Shown in pieces: positions 1-13,281 of a stretch of 63,866 nt of DNA. The notes under the pieces are model-generated. The model did no database searches and had not been told where the DNA came from. It worked only from the letters and a program-made list of their open reading frames with translations. Both the position numbers and the translations under genes were made by a program. The DNA comes from Octopus bimaculoides (lineage: Eukaryota). The stretch lies in NCBI RefSeq assembly GCF_001194135.2, contig NC_069006.1:6873261-6937126 (forward strand), written 5' to 3'. Positions within the stretch are counted from its first letter, which is position 1; each line of letters opens with the position of its first letter.

Positions 1-88
1 TATATATATTGTTACTAGTTATAATACACACACACACACACACATACACACACACACACACATATATATATACAATAAATATATATAT
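1..88. repeat. (TA)n/(CA)n microsatellite
   Basis: Visible dinucleotide runs. Confidence 0.9.
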
Positions 89-625
89 GCAATAGGAAGG
101 TGGACTTCTAAAATATCTAAAGAGATCTCAGATTTATAGAAGATACAGTAGTATGTAATTGAGTCTTTTCAAGATCGCCACTGTTTACAGCAATATGAAA
201 ATAGCTATAAACAGAAACTAAAAAAACTCTGCACGCTATGAGCCTAGCAAAAATAGGATTTAAGAGGCTAATGTTTTGAAAATATTAAAAGAATGAAAAG
301 GTTGTAAGTTTAGTCATGTCCAAAGACAAATTAATATTAACTTCCATTTTATGATTGAACGATTTGTATTATAGCTAGCAAACATTTACTCCAATAAATC
401 AAGCAAATATCAAAAAATTATAGATGTTTACACGAAAAAATAAGTATTTTTAGAGATGATTTTTTTTTTTTTTTTTTGGTACTAACATCTTCACTCTTTT
501 CCAATTAGTTGGATATCTGACTGCCTTCAGGGGTCTTATTACTAGTAGGGTCTATAGTACAGCATTAGATTCCAACTGAGAGTAGTAACATTCTTATCCA
601 CTAGGACACTGATGCATGTACATAC

Positions 626-1006
626 CTTTTACTTGTTTTAGTCATTAGACTTTGGCCATGCTGGGGCTCTGCCCTGAAGAATTTTTTGTCAAATGAATCA
701 ACCCCTGTACATTTTCTTTTTTAAAGCTTGGTACTTATTATATCAGTCTGTTTTGCCAAACTGCAAAGATATGGGGGATGTAAACAAACCAATGCTAGTT
801 GTCAAGCAGCGGTAGGGGAAAAACAGACACAAATACACACACATTCATATATGGTGGGCATCTTTCAGTTTCCACCTGCCAAATCCACTCGTAAGGCTTT
901 GGTCAGCCCAAAACTACAGTAGCTACACTTGCCCAAGGTGCTGTGTGACTGAACCTGGAACCATGAGGTTGGGAAGCAAACTTCTTACCACACAACCATG
1001 CCTGTG
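626..1006 (-). mobile_element. tRNA-derived SINE family A, full length, CpG-decayed
   Basis: A box TGG(T/C)TGTGTGG, B box GGTTCCAGGTTCAGTC, CCTTGGGCAAGTG core, 3' CATGGCC..AGTCTAATGACTAAAACAAGTAAAAG. Confidence 0.85.
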
Positions 1007-1992
1007 CTTACACATTTAATTTAGAAATAAAAGTTTGAGTTCAAATTCAGTCTAGTATTATATACACATCCAGAAATAAAACACCTGATAAAAATCCAAT
1101 ATCAAAGCATTTAAAGTGTAGTTTAGATGTAAATATTAAAAAATTTCCAACTCTTAAGATAATCTGACAAAAATGGTAATTCATATACACCCAGGTGTTA
1201 TTTGTGAAGAAGAAAAAAGGGTTGAAGCAGCAATTAAGTGTAAATATAGGTCCAGATAAAGTAAAAAGGGTGTAACAGTAGAAAAATCACAGAAAGATGT
1301 GAAACAGTTAACTACTTTGTTGGTAATTAATACCTTGAAGGGTCAAATGAGGAACAAAACAAACTGAATTAGGTTTGTCTGTAATGAACAAAATAAGTAC
1401 AATAAGTACATAGATAATAAACAAATAATTAATGACACAAAAAACACATATATGGAGGTATATTACTTTGATAACTTATAATTTTGAAAGACTACAAAAA
1501 AATTTTTTTCATTGTCTGTTTTGAAAAGACTAGAAAACTGTATACATAACAAAAAATATTTGATGACAACTTATGTTTGGCAGTGAAACAATAAAATACT
1601 ATATTCATTGCTTAATATGGGAATCGATATACTTTTCATGTTTTGTCTCCCAGTGATCTTTCAGATAAAAGATATTTTATCAGAATTTTTCAATAGTTTG
1701 ACAATAACAACAACAATAATGAATAGCTGATAACTAATAAAATACTAAAGTGTAATAGTTCTTACTGCTTTTGATAAAACAGCTTTTGATAAAAATCTTT
1801 CTAAAAGAATGTAAAATATAGGATATTCAATGAAAATATTGTTATTGAAGAGTGACGAATATAGTTTGGGCTCAAAGTGTAGTGTAAACATTTAAGAAGG
1901 GCTTAGTGAAATACAATGGCAGATACATTCAGCTGAGACACTAAAATAAAGGTGTAATACAACAGTCTGGTACATCAGACTGAATTAGTCAT

Positions 1993-2165
1993 TGTTGTTG
2001 TTCTGTTTAGCCCAAGGTCAGCTCTGATCAAGCAGACCAATGATAAAAGACATTCCAGTTATAGCCATCCCATCATCTTGTGTGTCAGAGACTACATTGT
2101 ACAATGGTGTGATTTCTGGTCAATTTGACTATCATCTCAAGCAAGTCAAGAGACTGCATAGGGTT
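1993..2165. mobile_element. Interspersed repeat family D, decayed
   Basis: GTTTAGCCC(A/C)AGGTCAGCTCTGATC..GCAGACC.ATGAT.AAAG.CATTCCAG, shared with the 56.4 and 58.8 kb copies. Confidence 0.65.
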
Positions 2166-2489
2166 TCACTTGTCTGAGAGTCAGTGTATTAATTAATTAG
2201 ATCAGATCTGATAAATTTTGACCTCCCGTTTGAAAAGATATAAGATCAAGCTGCTTGAAGTGATGCTTTAATTAGGTCTATCCAATCAATGCCATCACAG
2301 AAAAATAATAATTAACGTTTAAAAAGCAACAATGATTACATGGATGATGAAAATGAATTGTGAAATGATAATGAAAATGTATTGCCAAACTATTCTAAAT
2401 AAATGCACTTATGCATGGAAGTGTTGCTTCTACTTAAATATACACGTGAATGTGCACAAATTTTGTGTATAATTTTTTCTTTTATTTCT

Positions 2490-2692
2490 TTCTTTTACTT
2501 GCTTTGGTCATAAGACAGCAGCCATGCTAGAGCTCTGCCTTGAAGAATTTTAGTCAAACAAATTGACTCAAGTACTAATTTTAAGCTTGGTACTTATTCT
2601 CTCAGTATCTTTTGCCAAACTGCTAAATTATGAAGGACATAAACACATCAAGACCAGTTGTCAATAAGTGGTGGGGAACAAATACAGACATG

Positions 2693-2748
<56 letters not shown>

Positions 2749-2896
2749 AACAGGCTTCTTCTACCAGATCCACTCACAAGGCTCTGGTTGACCAAAGGCT
2801 ATAGCAGAAGACAGTTACTCAAGGTGTCATGTAATGGGACTGAACCCAGAACCATGCAGTTGGGAAGCAAACTTCTTACCCCACAGTCATGTCTTG
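2490..2896 (-). mobile_element. SINE family A with internal (CA)n
   Basis: Same head, core and tail as 626-1006. Confidence 0.85.
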
Positions 2897-3518
2897 TACA
2901 GTTTCTTAAAGAAAATATTGTTTGGTATATTTTTATGTGTGACACTTACAAAATTTGTAACAGGCATTTCATTAAATTTTGGTAAGATAACATTTGTAAC
3001 ATACAGGAGAATATAATAGAAATATATATTAAGATATTAGGCAGAAATATAGACCCTGATATCTAACCTAAAATTCTTATCATAAGAATAAAACAATTAA
3101 CATACCTAACTTTAAAACAGCTAACAATTGACTAGTTTGTGCATTTTGCAGCCTATCGTAATCAACAAATCCTTGTTTGAAGGAGCAACTGGAAAACTGA
3201 CTCCATCACCATCATCACCACCACCACAACTAACAGCAGTAACCTCATTGTCATCACATACACATACAGACACACTAACAGATTTATTACACACCTCACG
3301 CTTCTATCTTTTCCAAACTGAAATATGTTCTTGGTGTTTGTGGATTACAAACCAGTTGAATCATTGTAAACATTATGAACCTATTATCGGATTTGTTTGC
3401 AGAACAAAACTGTTAATGACAATGGCAAAACTGGATAAAGATGTTAGAGGGATCAAGGAAAGTAGGGAGAAGCTTTCAAAATTTGTAATGGATATTTATA
3501 AACCATCAGTTAACAGAA

Positions 3519-3620
3519 GAGGCATGACTGTGTGGTTGAGAATTCCACTACTTAACTCCATGATTTTGGGTTCAATACCACAGTGAAACATTGAACATGA
3601 AAGAATGCCTGCCGCCATAT
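3519..3620 (+). mobile_element. SINE family A head fragment
   Basis: GGCATGACTGTGTGGTTGAG...GGGTTCAATACCACAGTG. Confidence 0.6.
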
Positions 3621-3955
3621 ATTAGGTGCATGAATTTTGTAATATAGGGGGGGGAGAAGCTTGAGACATACATTTACATACAACATAAAATACAAATCAC
3701 AAAATAAAGAAAAAATTATGTAAAGTCTTATCTCAACAGTTGTTTCAAAATGTCCATACCTTATGATAATAACCATACTCATATGTAATGTGTGTATGTT
3801 GTCATAGGAGTGCGTCCAACGCCAAGTCCAGATGAAATTGTGAAAGTAAGTTGGTACCCTTTTCAAGGGCAGAGTAGACACCATCCATTGATGAAGACAT
3901 TGGAGTTTAAACTACCATCAACTTGAGTATTACCCTATGTTATCTATACTGAACT

Positions 3956-3957
<2 letters not shown>

Positions 3958-3998
<41 letters not shown>

Positions 3999-4091
3999 TG
4001 AGAGTGAGAGAGAGTGAGAGTGAGAGAGAGAGAGAGAGAGAGAGNNNNNNNNNNNNNNNNNNNNNNNNNNNNNNNNNNNNNNNNNNNNNNN

Positions 4092-4137
<46 letters not shown>

Positions 4138-4190
4138 GAGAGAGAGAGAGTGAGAGAGAGAGAGAGTGGGAGAGAGAGAGAGAGAGATTG
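3958..4190. repeat. (TA)n-(GA)n microsatellite spanning the gap at 4045-4091
   Basis: Visible. Confidence 0.95.
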
Positions 4191-5040
4191 TTTGAAGTGA
4201 TGTACAGATTTTAGATATTAAGAAAAGAGAGATAGTCAGAAATTTAGATAATTATTTAACTGCTTTTATCTCTTTTCAAAGAATCATCAGAAATGATATT
4301 TTTACAGAAAATTTATGCCTTTTATATATATATGTGAGTAGTTGAAAAAATCTAGAGATGAATTGGAAAGAGAATGTTCTTTTGTTATTTGTGTGTATGT
4401 GTGTGTGTGTGTGTGCGGGTGCATGCACATACGTGTGTGGTGAATTTTTAGAGGCTTTGTTCCAAGGAGAAAAAAGGAAAGAAAGACAGGAAGACAGGAA
4501 GAACAGGAAAGAAAGAAAAAGGAAAAAGAAAAAAATGGCAAAAGATGCAAACATTGTCAACAAAAATGAAAAATAAGTGCTTTCAAACAAAAATACCTTG
4601 TGTGGTATTTTTTGCGAGACAAAGCTTTGAAATGCAGTGAACCAGTGATTGTCTTGTTTAAAATTTGTGATCAACACCATTGTTTACCTACCGTGGTATA
4701 AAACAGATACAGAAATAAAAACAACCACTAAAAAAGAGTGAATAAATTCAATTAACCATACCTACTCAATCCCACAAAAGAATTTATGGCCTTATATTGT
4801 GATAAATGACTAAAATGGTTGGCAACAGGAAGTGCATCTAGCCATAAAATACTGCCTTAAAAACCACATCCTGCCAGCAGGGAGGAGTTGACATGAAACA
4901 GCAGTGGTGGTAGTGGTGGTGGTGAAATTTGTTAGAAATCAGTATTTTACCTAGTTGGTGACAAATACTATTTGAAGTCATCTTTTCATTTTCGGTCCCA
5001 TGTTGATCAGGATCATCGAGATGTTGCACAAATCTATATG

Positions 5041-5196
5041 GGCACTGGCATGGGTGTGTGGTAAGAAGTTTGCTTCCCAACCATACAGTTCCGGGTCCAG
5101 TCCCACTGTATGGCACCTTGGGCAAGTGTCTTCTATAGCTCCAAGCAAACCAAAGCCTTGTGAATAGCTTGATAAATGGGAACTGAAAGAAGGCCA

Positions 5197-5235
<39 letters not shown>

Positions 5236-5390
5236 ACAGTGTTGGTGTGTTTACATACCCATAACTTAGCAGTTCAGCAAAAAAAAAAAAGACCAGTGGA
5301 GTAAATACCAGGTTGATTTGTCCAACTAAACTCAAGGTGGTATCCCAGCATGGCCACAGTCCAATGACCACAACAAGTAAAAATAAAAGT
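5041..5390 (+). mobile_element. SINE family A, full length
   Basis: TGTGTGGTAAGAAGTTTGCTTCCCAACC...GGGTCCAGTCCCACTG...CCTTGGGCAAGTGTCTTCT...(GT)n...CAGCATGGCCACAGTCCAATGAC. Confidence 0.9.
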
Positions 5391-6610
5391 TGAAATTATT
5401 ATGAATGATTTACTTAGATTTACAGTTTTTTTGTTGTTGACACTGAGGAATTGAAGAATTTTAGAAGTCCTCATCAGCCACCACCATTTTGCAGACAAAC
5501 CTAAACAAAAGCAATACATTTCTGATTCATTATCAGAATTAGACATTTTATATATTTTTGCCTTGTTCAATAACATTTTTCATGAATGAGACAGAATCCA
5601 TGATTCTATAGAGCTGTCCTAGACTAAATTGAGTAAGACAAATATTTGTTATATGATTTATGAAGTCATACAGAACACGAGGAGTGGAAGTTAGACAAGT
5701 GTGATGAATGAAAAATATCAAAGAAGAAGCGCATTTACAAAAGCATAAGTCATTTGAAGGAGGGAAAACATTGAAAGAACATAGATAAATAATAATGGAT
5801 TTGTAAATTACAAAAGACGGTCTTATTCTAGATGCAGTCAGATATCCACGTTTGAAACTGATCTAAGGACAATCTGTGTTATAAATGGATATTTTTAAAA
5901 ATTCTACAAACACTGCAGCAGTTCCCTTTTATTGGTTTTAACCATAAGATCACAATCATGTTAGAGAAATACCTTCAATAATTTAGCTAATTATATCAGT
6001 TCAGGTCTTTTCTGCAAACTTTTTGTTTGTTAATTTGTGGCAAAAATAAATTTCATTTTCATCATTAGCATACAAAACTAAATCGGTATATTTTGACAAA
6101 ATACAAATTCTGTGACAGCAACTGAAAAGATTATCAACCCCAATACTTTCTGCATGGAATTCATTTTTATCTACCTCAGAAAGAAGAAAGGCAATGTTCA
6201 TGTGAGAGGGATCAGAATAGAGAACTTGATGGAATGTAATCAAATACCACAAGGCATTTTGTTCAACTTTCAGCCCCTGTTGATTCTGACAATACACGAC
6301 TAAGACTTTTCCATTCCATTAGAAAGAGAGAATTAAAATGAAGAAATTTTACATTAAAATGAAAGAAAAAAATATAGTAAAACTAAAATATCAAAATCTA
6401 CTATCATAGGGAGAAATAGGCTCTTCAGATGAGTCAAAGAGGAGCTTCTATGTGGTTACCTGACTTCCTATAAAATGCAACCAGGAATTAGTGGTGTAAC
6501 ATGAGTTGTCAGTGCCCAATACAAGGCAAGTATAGCAGGGAGGGCACACTATTTCTTTAGTTATCATTGCTACTTTATTTTTATCCTTTTGAAATTTTGA
6601 ACCACCCTCA

Positions 6611-6786
6611 GAGAAATGGTTGTGTGGTTAAGAATTCTTTTTTTTTTTTTTGTAACTACATGGTTCTGGGTTTGATCCCATTGCACAGCACCTTGGGAGA
6701 GTGATTTCTACAATGTTAACTAATATATCTGAGTGAAATTCAGTGGACAGAAACTGTGTAGAAGCCTATCATGTGTGTGTGCGCGC
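6611..6786 (+). mobile_element. SINE family A 5' half
   Basis: Head and core up to the (GT)n tract; directly abuts the foldback palindrome. Confidence 0.7.
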
Positions 6787-7017
6787 GTGGTACACATATT
6801 TGAATAAAACCAGCAAATTCGACTGTTCACTCCTCCCAATTTTGTGAGAGGGAATAGTCAATTAGAATATTAGAAAAACATGACACAAACTATTCACAAC
6901 TACTATGCAAAGTAGTTGTGAATAGTTTGTGTCATGTTTTTCTAATATTCTCCCTCTCACAAAATTGGGAGAAGTGAACAGTCGAATTTGCTGGTTTTAT
7001 TCAAATATGTGTACCAC
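6787..7017. repeat. Near-perfect long inverted repeat (arms 118 and 107 bp, 6-nt loop)
   Basis: Left arm 6787-6904, loop ATGCAA, right arm 6911-7017. One substitution and one 11-nt indel. Confidence 0.95.
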
Positions 7018-9632
7018 CAGAGTCATTCAATAATGACCAGATAAATTTCAGCAAGTCTTTTTCAAAAATGTTCAATTTTAACATACTGATACATTAAAAC
7101 ACAATATCAACTTCTCAAATGAAAGGCGATCATAGGATTAAAGTATAAACTATTTGTCAATACAATAATAATAATTTTAGCAATTATCAAACTGAAATGC
7201 AAAGTTCTTGACAAGCTGAAATCAGGATTTAGCACAACCAGCTGAACCCTTGTATGCTCTCTTCAGAGTTCACTTTGTGGCAAGAATTTGGATTTGATCT
7301 GAAGATAACTCAATATTTTGAGGTGTGGATTGCTTCCTATTACAGCAACCCACAAGTTACAATTGTTGCTTCTCCACCACTATCACACACATTTTCAAGG
7401 TAATTAGCAATGAGCTTGAAATGTAATCATTTTAAACTATTTATTTAATATTTGTATATTTTGTGTTGAAATACATTTTCAGTGAGGAATGTTATTTCTC
7501 TTCTTCTGTTCATATTTAAAATAGATGTTATATTGTAGAGACTTCAGGCTTAAAATATGCATAAACAGACTGATGAATTATTTTAATATTGTTTTGTATT
7601 TAAAACTGGAAAACAATCATTCTTGTGTAAATAGAAAAAGATGGAAATTACACAAATTTATGAAAAAGGGGAAAAAAATGACTAATTTGAAAGAGCTTAA
7701 ATTATATCTGCAGCAGTGTGCCATTGGTTTCTAAAGATGAATGTATGCTCACCACCTATTTATCACACCTCTCAAGATAATTATTTTCAATGTAAATTAT
7801 TTTTTCTTTTCTCTTACACTGAATATTCCTAATATATAATAAATTTATAATATGTATTTTACTTTGAGTTGAAAATGCATATTTAAATAAACATTGCGAA
7901 GAACAAAAATGGTTTTAAATGATTTAGAAACAAATCAACTCAAAATGACTAACAACAGAATCTATTTTCAAACATTCTTTCGTTTTTTTTTTGTTTTTTT
8001 TCTTATTCCAAGAATATAAAGGAAAGAATAAAAAGAACCAAGTCAAAAGTAATCACTTATTGTTAATATATTACAGAGTTTGAAAATGATTTGCCTAAAA
8101 TGTGTCATCATTTAAGCACTAGATTTAGATTGGTTTAGATATCTATATAGCTATACACACAATCAGACAGTTGTGAACTAGCAACAGAATGTTTGAGTCA
8201 TTTCATTTCTGATGAACTCTTTTCCTAAAAGTTCAAACTTACTGTGTTATGTATAAGTCATCTTGGTGGCTACTTTTTCACTATGTTTCATCTGTGTATG
8301 CTCCAGCTTTCTCTAGGTGTCTTGTGATTGCGCTGCATTAACTAGTGCCTTTCTCCTCTACACTATGCCTGTGGGCAGCGTCAGAGTGAATTAATGTTAA
8401 AGGCTTATAAAGCACCAATGATGCTTAATGCTGGCTCCATACTGATTGAATAATACAATTCTCAAATCCAAAAGTAGTGGAAAAGTAACAACCAAGACAA
8501 GGACACCACACCAACTAATACATATATACAAATTCCTCACCTCAGAAATACAGAATTGTATTATCCAAACTTACTCCTTCATCTCTCGTCATTTTTATTC
8601 TTTTAAAATGCAAGTTATATTATCCTTGCCAAATTTCAATAATTAAGGAGGAGATAAATCTTACCATTTATCATTATAGTTGATCTGAGGTAATAAAGTG
8701 ACAAATAAGCCTTCATAAACTTGCAATTGTATAAAAGACATAAATAAAGAAGAACAATATAAAACATAAATGTAATCTGGTATGGGTTCTAGTTATGCAA
8801 TACATATTCTACACAGTTGGCTGGAGGCTTTTCCTATGAAAAACTTCAAATCAGAACCAAAATAGATTATAGATATAGAAAAGTTTGCACGTTAGAGAGT
8901 GATTCATTTTTAACCACATGTTTAGTAAAGTCATAAATTCTTGACGATAAAACAGCTTGTGACAGGTTTATCCTCCTATCAAACAAATTGCAGGTAAAGA
9001 TAAATGAATCACGATAGTTGCAGGATATTCTACATTGACAGTGAGGGGTCAAAAATGGAAAAGAAACCAAATTGTAGTCTAGAACTGAAAAAAAGACACC
9101 AAATAAGATATGTGCCAGAACACAACTCTACCCAACTCCAGATCTAGTTCATTAAACTGGACAATGGGGCACACAAGTTATAGAAAGTTATAAAGAGAGT
9201 CTGAAAAAGTATTGATACAGATAAAGTGTTCTCCAATATAACTAAATTACGCTGCACAAAACAAAGTACCTTTTTATTGCTCCTCTTGTTGATAAGTGAA
9301 GCAGATTATATCAAGTGTATGCCAAGAATAAAGTCAGCTGTGACTCTTAGAAACCATTAACCTATCAGAGATAAATTGTTGTAGTTATTGCAAAAGTATG
9401 AGTGGTTAGGGTAATGAAGTTGACATTTTTTCAGTTGCTGGGGATACAATATTTCTTGCAGTGTTCAGAGTTAGTTTTACAGGAAAAATAATAGTCTGTT
9501 GGTAATTTATAATATTTAGATCCCACTCTCCCAAATAACTTATTGATGTCTAAATTTTGGTTTAAAAAATGTTTTCTAGAAGTTAAAATTGAGAATTTAA
9601 GAATTGTGACAGTCAATAAAATTATCATATAT

Positions 9633-9765
9633 AAAGCATAGCTATGTCATAAAGAAGTTCTCGAAGCAACCGCATGTTTTCAGTATCAGCCCTGTAGTAC
9701 TTGGAGCAAGTGTCTTCTCTATAGCTCCAGGCTTGTGAGAGAATTTGGTAGTTGGAAACTGTGAG

Positions 9766-9826
<61 letters not shown>

Positions 9827-10010
9827 ATTTGTATTTGTCACCTACTCCTTGACAACCAATGTTGATTCATTTGTGTCTCTATAATTCAATGATTTGGCAA
9901 AAAAAAAGGATCAATAGTATAGGTAAACAATCTTAGAATAAGAACTGGGGTTGATCTGTCCAACTAAACTGTTTAAGACATACAGCCCAATGACTGAAAC
10001 AACTGAAAAA
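9633..10010 (+). mobile_element. SINE family A, old and diverged
   Basis: GAGCAAGTGTCTTCT core, (GT)n, AATGACTGAAACAA tail. Confidence 0.75.
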
Positions 10011-11948
10011 AAATATCATTAGATGTTCATGACAAAAAGTTGAATAAACTACATTAAGTTATTTTTTTACCCAACCTTTAAATTTGAGTCTAATTTTAGT
10101 AATGTTAAAGTGGACGAGAAAAGCTTAGTAAAATGTTACAACGCAAATTTTCTTGTGTGTGTGTGTAATGATGTGTGTACATATTCTTACACACATCAGG
10201 CACACATTTCTAAATAACTTTAATTAAATTAGATGCCTCTTTTACATCAGAGTTGACTGGGTGGCATTAAATAGGACATCTGGCAATAAAAGAAGTTTGA
10301 TAGCATGAAGACTGTGAAAACAAAACAAAAGAGGGGAATTGTTTAAAGAAATAAAACCAAGACCAAGTAAAAAATAATAGGTTGTGATTGCTATAGAATT
10401 GATAAATTAATATTGGTTTTGACAATCTCTGAGTCGAAAAAAAATGTTTAAGTTTTATGATCTGTGGTTGACAAAAGAAAGAGAAGGCAATCTGAATAGA
10501 AGTATTATATAATAAGTCATTAAGTGAACTAGAATGATTTCATTAATAAAAGTTCATCGAAATGTTGTTAGTTTTTAAAACTTTAAATTTAGCTAACCTA
10601 ACTTTAGAACTGTGTGTGTGTGTGTTTGTGTGCGTGCGTGTGTGTGAGCACACATATAACATGCTTGGTTTCAAGAAAACAGTTTAATACAAAAAATGAA
10701 ATAAAGTCAGCAGGAAAAGTTCAATTGTTAATTTAATTTAATTTTTTTCTTTTTTTCAATTTGTTTCTTTTCAAGATGAAATTCAATTCACTAGATTATA
10801 TTGACAATACAATTAGTATAAAAAGTTTAGTCCTCTCTTCAACATCTTAGTTTCTTTCATTATATTCAAATGAAATTCTGCTCGTACTATACATTTCAAA
10901 CCAACTGTAGAGTTATCGTGATTTTTAAAGAATGTTTACAATAGCTAAGAGAAATATAATTGATTTGTGAAATAAAAAAAATGTAAAATATGAAAAAAAA
11001 ATATTAAAAAATGGAGGGAAGTGACGTACAAACAAATCAATCTTGTAAGGACAATAACGAAATTAATGGTAGGTTGGTATGAGGGAGGGTGGGAGGAGTG
11101 AATTAAATTGTATTGTCAAGAAAATTATCAGGAAAAAAAAAAGATGGCAAAAAGAATAAAAAAGAATAAAAAAGAAAAAAAACTATGTTGTAGTAGGGTT
11201 GAGAAGGTGAACAAAAACTTCCTGACAAAGAAAAAAAAAATGGTAAAAAATGGAATCCAGCAAGAAAATTATCTGTAATTAGTTATTTATTAGTGAAAGA
11301 TAGTAACTATTGATTGGACAGAAAAAAGAAAGATTCAATTGTATATTTTAAACCATGGAATTCTTTTAAAATTTTTTTTTTAAATGATAATTTTAAGTGA
11401 CATAAAAGGACAATTATAAGAGATATAAAATTTGATGAGAAATCAAGAAACTACAAAGATATGAAGTATTTCCTGAAGGAAAGAAACTAAATAAATCGTT
11501 CATTTTTATTTTTACTGTATGACTAAAGTTATAGGAATATAACAATGTAAAATCATATACAATAAACTTTTATATAAAATCAGATAAAAATTTAAACAGT
11601 AAATGTAAACAAAGTGTAATTAATTTGATTTATTCATTTCTTCATATTTAGATGTGAATAAAATTACTAGAAATTCGAATATCTAAGCTAATTCTACTTA
11701 GCATATGTAACAATTGACAGTTTGAACCTAATTGCTATGGATATATTTAATATAACTGATAAATTGTAATAGTAGGTTTACAAATACATGCACAAACCCA
11801 TTGATTCAAAAAGTATCTGGCCCTAATTTCTACAGTATTAAACAGATGGAAGATAAAAAAGTGATTTTTTAAATTCTCAATCGCAGAATAATGCTAATAT
11901 AGCCTGAACAGGATAAACTATCCCTATTTTGCAGAGAAAAGTGTAGGT

Positions 11949-12022
11949 GACTAGCTGTGGACTCGAACTCACATCCCCGTCATTACACGTGACGATGCTT
12001 TTGCCGATTAAGCTAAACTACC
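11949..12022 (-). pseudogene. tRNA-Thr(UGU)-like cloverleaf, probably a pseudo-tRNA inside a repeat
   Basis: D stem GCTT/AAGC; anticodon stem CGTCA/TGACG with loop CGTGTAA (TGT at 34-36); T-loop TTCGAGT. Defects: G at position 33, T stem one base short, acceptor stem with one mismatch and two G-U pairs. Confidence 0.55.
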
Positions 12023-12569
12023 CACTACAAATTCCTCAATAACAACTTGATAGTATAGTACTGTACTAGATATAACAACGCAAACAATCTCATACTTAAT
12101 CATTACCCTGGCCTCTTGAAATAGATAAAAAAAATTTATGTCCTCTATAAACAATGCATGCGTTTACATCTCAACAATACAGACACGCAACAGCATATAT
12201 AGAAATATATATATATATATAATAATTTTCCAGAGGATGTAGCAACCGTTACCAATATAGCATAAGAACTTACCTTAGGGGATCATTAACTAGATTCCTT
12301 AAGGGTCGTTCTCACAGTTTATATTTATATTATAAGGTTTTTAACTTTTAAATTTTCATATTCAAAAGAGACAGAGACTTCAAATTCGATATATTGATTT
12401 ATTCACCACTCTATGTTAACATTGATAGGAAAGGTAAGACGACAAAAGAAAGAAAGAGATCTCGATGTTATGTAAACTCGGAGTTTTATCATGGCTACCG
12501 AATAATTGTAACATATTATTTACATATATATATATATATATATATTAAAAAAAATAATGGACTCTCCCA

Positions 12570-12870
12570 TCATTAGACGACATATGAGGGTTCAACAATT
12601 TCTTACCAAACAACCACACAGATGATTTGTTTATAGTGATCAAATGTTTGTGTAGACATAAGCTCACCCCCTCCATCAAATCGACATTACCTCTACAGGT
12701 GCAACTGGATGCCACATGACAGATGTCGAAATGATCGCAGAGCAATGTGAAAGGAAGTGCTTTACTCAAGAACACAACACAACATCCAGTCAGGGACTTG
12801 AACCCACGATCTCGCAATTGTGAGTGCAACTCCCTAACCACTAAGCCATGAACCTTCACATAAAACCCAT
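12570..12870 (-). mobile_element. tRNA-derived SINE family E (Arg-like head, CORE-like TTCTTGAGTAAAGCACTT)
   Basis: TGGCTTAGTGGTTAGG...GGGTTCAAGTCCC on the minus strand. Confidence 0.8.
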
Positions 12871-12879
12871 CCATCCATC

Positions 12880-13250
12880 TTTGCTACTATCCCTGGGAGG
12901 GTAATTGGGGCAGAGTCCTCTGATATTTCCTTCAGAGGATCCTGTCAGAAGTAACCTTCATTAGACCTTCTGGTTGGATTCCAAAGCATGTCCAACAGAG
13001 ACTATGGATATTATCCAACCATTGATCTACCCCTAGATGTTCTGCTAGTTAGATTGGCTTGAAGAATCAGTCTTGTAATTCTTTCATGTGACACCCTAGT
13101 CACATGTCCATAGTACCAGCATTGTGAGTTCTCAATGCAGAGAAGTTGTGGTTCAACTTGGAGAGGCTCTTTGATCTCTGAGTTCTGCACATATTTAGTA
13201 ACTTTACCCCAGAGATCTTCTGGAAGAACCCCAAAGTCATGAATGTTGGG
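12880..13250 (-). mobile_element. RTE-clade LINE 3' fragment, decayed
   Basis: VQNSEIKEPLQVEPQLLCIENSQCWYYGHVTRVSHERITRLILQANLTSRTSRGRS matches the RTE C-terminal pattern (VRNxEIR...RSQLRWYGHV.RM...RGRPR). (GGAT)n tail. Confidence 0.75.
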
Positions 13251-13281
13251 ATATATGTATGTGTGTGTATATATATATATC

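Noticed and set aside
3128-3586. 152-aa plus-strand ORF
   Set aside because: TTG start, includes (CAC/CAT)n and (CA)n stretches, ends inside a SINE head; no recognisable domain.
6001-6297. 98-aa non-repeat minus-strand ORF with a vague BAH-like look
   Set aside because: No real ATG, no diagnostic motif and no clear splice sites. A rough estimate gives a few ORFs this long by chance across six frames of 64 kb.
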